From: the human T2T-CHM13v2.0 reference genome, Homo sapiens
NCBI RefSeq assembly: GCF_009914755.1
Contig: NC_060926.1
Length of the DNA stretch: 64,000 bases
Reading direction: 5' to 3' (one strand)
The notes below the pieces were generated by a model, which did not search any database, was not told the origin of the DNA, and saw only the letters and a list, made by a program, of their open reading frames with translations. The position numbers and the translations under genes were made by a program. This document shows positions 54,719-64,000 of the stretch, piece after piece (positions within the stretch are counted from its first letter, which is position 1; each line of letters opens with the position of its first letter).

Positions 54719-54798
54719 GTAGGTTAATGCAAAAGTAATTGCAGTTTTTGCTGTTACTTTCCATGGCAAAAACCACAATTACTTTTGCACTAACCTCA
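54719..54798. mobile_element. MADE1 (Hsmar1-derived 80-bp MITE), full length
   Basis: TAGGTTAATGCAAAAGTAATTGCAGTTTTTGC...GCAAAAACCACAATTACTTTTGCACTAACCT near-palindrome matching MADE1. Confidence 0.95.
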
Positions 54799-55651
54799 TA
54801 CATATGGAGAGCAAAAAGTCAAAAACAGCCAAGATATTGTCAGCTATCAGGAATTATCATAAAGCTGCCTACATGTATATGCTAATGTGATATGTGATTT
54901 ATTTTCCATTGCAGTTCAATGGGAAATAATAGATTTTTAAATAAATGATGCTAAACGAATCGATTTTCCACATTATAAAAGATATAATTTAGACACCAAC
55001 CTCACACCACACATAGCAAGACCCTGCCTCTAGAAAATAACAATAATTAAATTAAATTAAATTAGTTTGAATTTAAGACTAAAATGGGAAAGACAAGCTT
55101 ATAAAAATTTTTTAGAACAATATAAGAGGTAGCAAAGTCATTACCTCAGGGTAGAGGATAAAAAAGTAGAAAGTGCAAACCGTAATCAAAAAGCTTCATA
55201 AATTTAATTATACTGAATTAAGAATTTAGATTAATTATAAAGAAACCAGAGAGTGAAAGAAAAGCCTATAAAAATGAAAAAAATACATTTATGACATATG
55301 TAACTCAAAAAGGATTATTATGTAGAATAGCAGCTAGATTAGGAATCAGGCCCCTCCCTGAAATACTCCCTGCCCCACAGTGATTCCAATCAAGCATACA
55401 CAAAACACTTCTTAAAGGGTAGGGGCTTATCTTGACATTCGGGGTTGGTATATCTTGGTTTTGGTGGTTGATAAAGAAAAACTGGGGATTCCTGGACAGA
55501 AACAGAATTCTTCCAAGATCCTCTTTGGGTCAGAGAAGCTGAAACAGTGGGTCTATGTGAAGAATCATGCAAAGGAGTCAATTACACAAGAAGCAATGGG
55601 AATCTGGGTAGGGCAGCAGAGGAAGAGACAGCCTTTAGGATATGAAGGTGA

Positions 55652-55740
55652 GTCTACAGCCATACCACCCTGAACGCGCCCGATCTCGTCTGATCTCGGA
55701 AGCTAAGCAGGGTCGGGCCTGGTTAGTACTTGCATGGGAG
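55652..55740 (+). pseudogene. 5S rRNA retropseudogene, nt 1-89 only, no poly(A) tail
   Basis: Matches the 5S rRNA sequence as I recall it at 87 of 89 nt; flanked by AGGATATGAAGGTGA at 55637-55651 and 55739-55753. Confidence 0.97.
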
Positions 55741-56329
55741 GATATGAAGGTGAAAGCTGACCCTGGCCCATCCTCTTTCACAGGCATCTCCTGCAAGATA
55801 CGTGCATAGGTCATTAAAGGTCTCACATATGTCATTAAAGTTTATTCCTATGTATTTATCATGCCTGTTGTTATTGTAAACGGAAATTTCATTTTACATT
55901 TCTAATAGATTGTAATTTTTACATATGAATATGTACATTGTTTATTGTACCATTTTACTACTGAATTACCTTTGTTTGGGGTATATTTTCACTTGATTCT
56001 TTGGTTTATTTAGATGTACAATCATGTTATCTGTAAATTGGAATAGTTTACCTCCTCCTTTTCAATGTTATCTAGTTAATTGGCTTTTTTATTGCTTTTT
56101 TCAAGTTTAGTGTTAGTAATTGTGACAAAAATCAGCATTCCTTACTTTTTTTTAATTTCTAAGAGGACACCACTTACATTTGCACAGGAAGAAATAAGTT
56201 TTAATTGTTTTAAAGTATTATCAATACATTTCTATTTTAGCAAATTTTTTCAAAAACATTAAATTGTATCAAACATCCTTTGGAGTCTGTGAAGGCAATC
56301 ATATGAGTTTTATCCTTATGTTTATTTAT

Positions 56330-56637
56330 TTATTTAAAAAAAATTTTTAGACACAGGGTCTCACTCTGTTGCCCAGGCTGGAGTGCAGTGGTGCAATCAC
56401 AGCTAATTGCAGCCTAGAACTCCTGGGATCCTGGGATCAAGGGATCCTCCTGCCTCAGCCTCCCAAGCAGCTAGGACCACAGGCATCTGCCACAATGCCA
56501 GGCTAATTTATTTTAATTTTTTTGTAGACAGGGGGTCACGTGATGCTGCCTGGTATTGAACTCCTGGCCTCAAGTGATCCTCCCGCCTTGGCCTATGGAA
56601 GTGCTGGGATTACAGGTGTGAATCACTGCACTTGGCC
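56330..56637 (-). mobile_element. AluJ element inside an old antisense L1 (~55830-56960)
   Basis: Antisense Alu; TSD CTTATGTTTATTTAT at 56315-56329 and 56638-56652. Confidence 0.93.
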
Positions 56638-57019
56638 CTTATGTTTATTTATATAATAAATTATATAACTAGATTTCTTGATATTAACTAACCTGCTTTC
56701 CTGGCATAAAAGCCACTTATTTATGAAGTACTATTTTTTACTGTTATTCTGAAATCTGTATGTTGATATTTTATTTAGTATCTATGCATTAATATTCATG
56801 AGTGGTTTTGGTCTGTAGTTTTCTTTCTTTATAAAATCATTTTTAGTTTTGGTGTTAATGTTACACTCAGTACATATGAATACATAAATAAGAAGAATGT
56901 CAACGTATTGGAATTTTCCACTCCTTAAAGTTTCTTGTGAACATGTCTGGACCTAGTGCTTTTGGGATATGGGGCATGGACACATGTTGCACAGGAAAAA
57001 AGATAGATTTCATTTTTTG

Positions 57020-58735
57020 TTTTTACTTTTAAACAGCTTTGTTGAGATAAAATGTACATACCATGAGGTTCACCCACTTAATATGTACAATTCAATGATT
57101 TTTAGTGCATTTGCAGAGTTATGCAACCATCACCATAATCATGTAATATTTTTAATATGCCCAAAGGAAAACACAAACCAAATAGCACTTACTCTAACTC
57201 CCCCATCCCCAGTTCTAGGTGACTACTAATCTCTTTTCTATCTCTGTAGATTTTCCTATTGGGACATTTTTAATAAAAGGTTTCATATAAGGCACGGTGT
57301 TTTGTGACTAGCTTCTTTCATAGCATAATGCTTTCATGGTTCATCCATGTTGTAGCATGTATCAATACTTCATTTTTTATATTGCCAAATAATATCCATT
57401 GTGTGGATATATCATGTTTTATTTATCCATTCATCAGTCGATGGGCATTTGGGTTGTTTCTACTTTTGGCTATCATGAATAATACTAATGTGAACATTTG
57501 TGTACAAGTTTTTCTGTAGACATATGTTTTTATTTTTCTTGGTTATATACCTAGGGCGGTGTAGAGAATTTGAAGAGCTTGGTGGAGGTTCAATGGGAAT
57601 TTTAGAAGTTAAGATCCTTTGGGGAGAAATTAAGAGATTTAAAAATATTTAATATCAAAAAAATTTTTGAGGATACACAAAAAGATATCAGATGGATTAC
57701 CTGGATTACATGATAATTCTATATTTAACATTTCAGCCACTCGAAAACTGTTCTCCAAAGTAGCTGCACTACCTTATATTTCTTTTAGCAGTGTATATTT
57801 CTTTTAGCAATGTATTTCTTTCAGCAAAGTATATAAGGTATATGTTTACCTTATATTTCTTTTAGCAAAGTACCTGCACTACCTTATATTTCTTTTAGCA
57901 GTGTATACTTCCAATTTCTCACGTCCTCACCCATACTTGTTATTATTGCTTGTCATTTTGATTGGAGGTTTTGAAGTGGTATCTTGTTATGATTTGCTGT
58001 CTACCTAGTGACTAATGGTACTGAGCATCATTTTATGTGTATTCACAATCTGTATATCACCTCTAAAAATATCTATTTAAATATTTTGCCTATTTTTAAT
58101 TGGATCATTTGTCTTTTTTAACAAATACTTTTTAAGTTCAGGGGTACAAGTGCAGGTTTGTTACATAGGTAAACTTGTGTCATGGGGGTTTGTTTTACAG
58201 ATTATTTCATTACCCAGGAATTAAGCCTAGTACCCATTAGTTATTTTTCCTGATCTTCTCCCTCCTCCCACCTCCACCCTCCAAAAGGCTCCAGTGTGTG
58301 TTGTTTCTCTCTATGTGTCCATGTGTTCTTATCATTTAGCTCCCACTTATAAGTGAGAACGTGGTATTTGTTGATTTGTAAGAGTATTTTATATATTCTG
58401 CACACAAGTCCCTTATCAGATACATTATTTGCAAATATTTTCTCAGTACATAGGTTATATTTTTACTTTCTTTTGAAGTCCTTTAAAGCAAAACATTTTT
58501 AATTTTGAGGAAGTTCCATTTGTCAGTCTTCTCTTTTATCACTTGTGCTTTTGGTGGCATATCTAAAAAGTCATTGCCAAACCCAACATACAAAGATTTA
58601 CTCTCATATTTTCTTCTGAGTTTTATAGCTTTAGCTTTTATATGTAGGACTATGATCTACTTTGAGTCCATTTTTGTGTATGATGTGATGCAGGGGTCCA
58701 AATTCATCTTCTACATGTGGATATTCATTTATCTC
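57020..58735 (-). mobile_element. L1MB-type 3' region with internal insertions
   Basis: 'aacagctttgttgagataaaatgtacatacc...ttcatccatgttgtagcatgtatcaatacttc'. Confidence 0.85.
58125..58370 (-). mobile_element. L1PA15/16-like 3' terminal fragment nested in the L1MB
   Basis: 'aagttcaggggtacaagtgcaggtttgttacataggtaaacttgtgtcatgggggtttg...agctcccacttataagtgagaac'. Confidence 0.88.
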
Positions 58736-59138
58736 AGATATAAGTTTTTGTTAGATGTTGTTAATATTTAAATTATAAGAATGTATTCAGAAATATTTGG
58801 ATAAATGAGCAGGAAAGAGAACCACCCTATTCACAGAAAATGCCGAGAATAAAATCCTTATTCTGTTGATATTTATAAGATAATAGATATAATCTGGTGA
58901 TCCAGAAGTAGATTTTATAATTTTTTTCAAATTTCCAAACTATCTATGAAAGGAAGGGTTATCTGGTAATATAATTTTTAAAAAGCACTTACAATATGTC
59001 TGTACAATGAAAGAATCTATAGCTACTAAGAAAAATAGCTTGTCTCCACATGCATGAATATGGAAAGATTCCAAAATACATTAGGTAATAAAATTAAGTT
59101 ACAGAAATGTATTTATATCTTATAAACATTTGTGTAAA

Positions 59139-59162
59139 CACACACACACACACACACACACA
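59139..59162. repeat. (CA)12 microsatellite
   Basis: Directly visible. Confidence 0.95.
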
Positions 59163-59787
59163 TATCGACTGGAGGTAAATGTATAGAACATTTCTTGAAG
59201 GCTATATCCAAAATGATAGTCAAGAAATTGGCAAAATGTTTGCCCTAGATGGAATAGTGGGTGGTTGGGTGGTCAAAAGAGAGATGGAAACTTACTTTTC
59301 ACTCAATGCCATTTTCTACCTTGTAAGTTTTGAGCAATGCGTATGTCTTACCTATTTAAAACTCAATAAAACTAATAAAAACAGCTTATTAACTTTACTA
59401 AATTTTACTAGAAAATGTCTTTCTCAAGTTGCCTGTAAAATATTGACTGTAGAACTCTAATATATTTCCTATTAAATAATTTGACTATACAAATGATTCC
59501 ACAAAAGTTACCAATCCAAATTCCTTGAACATGCTAACACTGCAGCCAGAACCCACTCGATATGAAACAACATTCAGAAATTACCCAGAAAGAACATATT
59601 ATATGGTATTCTTCTTAAAGAGAATGTGGCGCATTAGCATACATTACATTTGCTTATTCACAAATCTCAGAACATTCAAACAAAAAACTCTCCTTGAATT
59701 TTGAGAAAGGTATAACTACGTGATACATAAGAAATTTATAGAGGCCAAGGAGTCATAAATCACGTTCTTTATCAAGAAGACATAGAT

Positions 59788-60815
59788 GGGAAAGAGCCAA
59801 GATGGCCGAATAGGAACAGCTCCGGTCTACAGCTCCCAGTGTGAGTGACGCAGAAGACGGGTGATTTCTGCATTTCCAACTGAGGTACCGGGTTCATCTC
59901 ACTGGGGTGTGCAAGACAGTGGGTGCAGGAGAGTGGGTGCAGCACACAGTGTGCAAGCCGAAGCAGGGCAAGGCATCACCTCACCCGAGAAGTGCACGGG
60001 GTCAGGGAATTCCCTTCCCTAGTCAAAGAAAGGGGTGACAGACGGCACCTGGAAAATCGGGTCACTCCCACCCTAATACTGCACTTTCCCAATGGGCTTA
60101 AAAAACAGCACACCAGGAGATTATATCCCGCATATGGCTCAGAGGGTCCTACACCCATGGAGTCTCGCTCATTGCTAGCACAGCAGTCTGAGATCAAACT
60201 GCAAGGCAGCAGTGAGGCTGGGGGAGGGGCGCCCACCATTGCCGAGACTTGATTAGGTAAACACAGTGGCCCGGAAGTTCAAACTGGGTGGAGCCCACCA
60301 CAGCTCAAGGAGGCCTGCCTGCCTCTGTAGGCTCCACCTCTGGGGGCAGGGCACAGACAAACAAAAAGACAGCAGTAACCTCTGCAGACTTAAATGTCCC
60401 TGTCTGACAGCTTTGAAGACAGTAGTGGTTCTCCCAGCACACAGCTTGAGATCCGAGAACAGGCAGACTGCCTCCTCAAGTGGGTCCCTGAACCCCAAGT
60501 AGCCTAACTGGGAGGCATCCCCCAGTAGGGGCGGACTGACACCTCACAGGGCCGAGTACTCCTCTGAGACAAAACTTCCAGAGGAACGATCAGGCAGCAG
60601 CATTTGCGGTTCACCAATATCCGCTGTTCTGCAGCCACCGCTGCTGACACCCAGGCAAAGAAGATCTGGAGTGGACCTGTAGCAAACTCCAACAGACCTG
60701 CAGCTGAGGGTCCTGTCTGTTAGAACGAAAACTGACAAACAGGAAGGACATCCACATCAAAAACCCATCTGTATGTCACCATCATCAAAGACCAAAGGTA
60801 GATAAAACCACAAAG
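59788..60815 (+). promoter_or_regulatory. L1 5' UTR with internal sense promoter and antisense promoter
   Basis: Established function of L1PA 5' UTRs; YY1 motif AAGATGGCC near the 5' end is intact. Activity of this copy is unknown. Confidence 0.75.
59976..60239 (-). CDS. ORF0: LINE-1 ORF0 (antisense ORF in the 5' UTR), 87 aa
   Basis: MVGAPPPASLLPCSLISDCCASN... matches the primate L1 ORF0 N-terminus; ATG present and frame open. Confidence 0.75.
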   Translation of the reverse strand: MVGAPPPASLLPCSLISDCCASNERDSMGVGPSEPYAGYNLLVCCFLSPLGKCSIRVGVTRFSRCRLSPLSLTREGNSLTPCTSRVR

Positions 60816-61832
60816 ATGGGGAAAAAACAGAGCAGAAAAACTGGAAACTCTAAAAATCAGAGCACATCTCCTACTCTAAAGGAAAGCAGCTCCTCACCAG
60901 CAACAGAACAAAGCTGGACAGAGAATGACTTTGATGAGTTGAGAGAAGAAGGCTTCAGAAGATCAGACTACTCCGAGCTACAGGAGGAAGTTCAAAACAA
61001 TGGCAAAGAAGTTAAAAACTTTGAAAAAAAATTAGATGAATGGATAACTAGAATAACCAATGCAAAGAAGTCCTTAAAGGACCTGATGGAGCTGAAAACC
61101 AAGGCACGAGAACTATGTGATGAACGCACAAGCCTCAGTAGCCAATGCAATCAACTGGAAGAAAGGGTATCAGTGATGGAAGATGAAATGAATGAAATAA
61201 AGCAAGAAGAGAAGTTTAGAGAAAAAAGAATAAAAAGAAACGAACAAAGCCTCCAAGAAATATGGGACTATATGAAAAGACCAAATCTACGTCTGATTGG
61301 TGTACCTGAAAGTGACGGGGAGAATGGAACCAAGTTGGAAAACACTCTGCAGGATATTATCCAGGAGAACTTCCCCAATCTAGCAAGGCAGGCCAACATT
61401 CAAATTCAGGAAATACAGAGAACGCCACAAAGATACTCCTTGAGAAGAGCAACCCCAAGACACATAATTGTCAGATTCACCAAAGTTGAAATGAAGGAAA
61501 AAATGTTAAGGGTAGCCAGAGAGAAGGGTCGGGTTACCCACAAAGGGAAGCCTGTCAGACTAACAGCTGATCTCTTGGCAGAAACTCTACAAGCCAGAAG
61601 ACAGTGAGGGCCAATATTCAACTTTCTTAAAGAAAAGAATTTTCAACCCAGGATTTCATATCCAGCCAAACTAAGCTTCATAAGTTAAGGAGAAATAAAA
61701 TCCTTTACAGACAAGCAAATGCTGAGAGATTTTGTCACCACCAGGCCTACCCTAAAAGAGCTCCTGAAGGAAGCACGAACCATGGAAAGGAACAACCGGT
61801 ACCAGACACTGCAAAAACATGCCAAATTGTAA
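60816..61832 (+). pseudogene. ORF1: L1 ORF1p, 338-codon frame with two nonsense codons
   Basis: MGKKQSRKTGNSKNQS...; in-frame TGA 61605-61607 and TAA 61686-61688 precede the normal stop at 61830-61832. Confidence 0.95.
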
Positions 61833-61871
61833 AGACCATCGAGGCTAGGAAGAAACTGCATCAACTACTGA

Positions 61872-64000
<2,129 letters not shown>

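Overview
AT-rich primate (human or great-ape) genomic DNA, intronic or gene-desert in character and dominated by interspersed repeats: eight Alus, MIR, L2, old L1M fragments, ERVL/MaLR LTRs, Tigger2a, MER5 and MADE1. It holds a young, 3'-truncated, tailless 5S rRNA retrocopy, and the last ~4.2 kb are the 5' two-thirds of a 5'-complete but inactivated L1PA (ORF1 and ORF2 carry stops; antisense ORF0 is open). I recognise no conserved protein-coding gene, and nearly all ORFs in the supplied track are repeat-derived or chance. The best leads are: a chain of + strand candidate exons (387-420, 28392-28577, 34619-34695 inside a MER5, 46808-46984) that joins in frame into a 157-aa orphan ORF; a CpG-dense, self-complementary 91-bp patch at ~47.9 kb; a repeated octamer composite motif; and several template-switch-like scars. 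Repeat subfamilies and boundaries were judged by eye and are approximate. No gene symbol is assigned to the locus.
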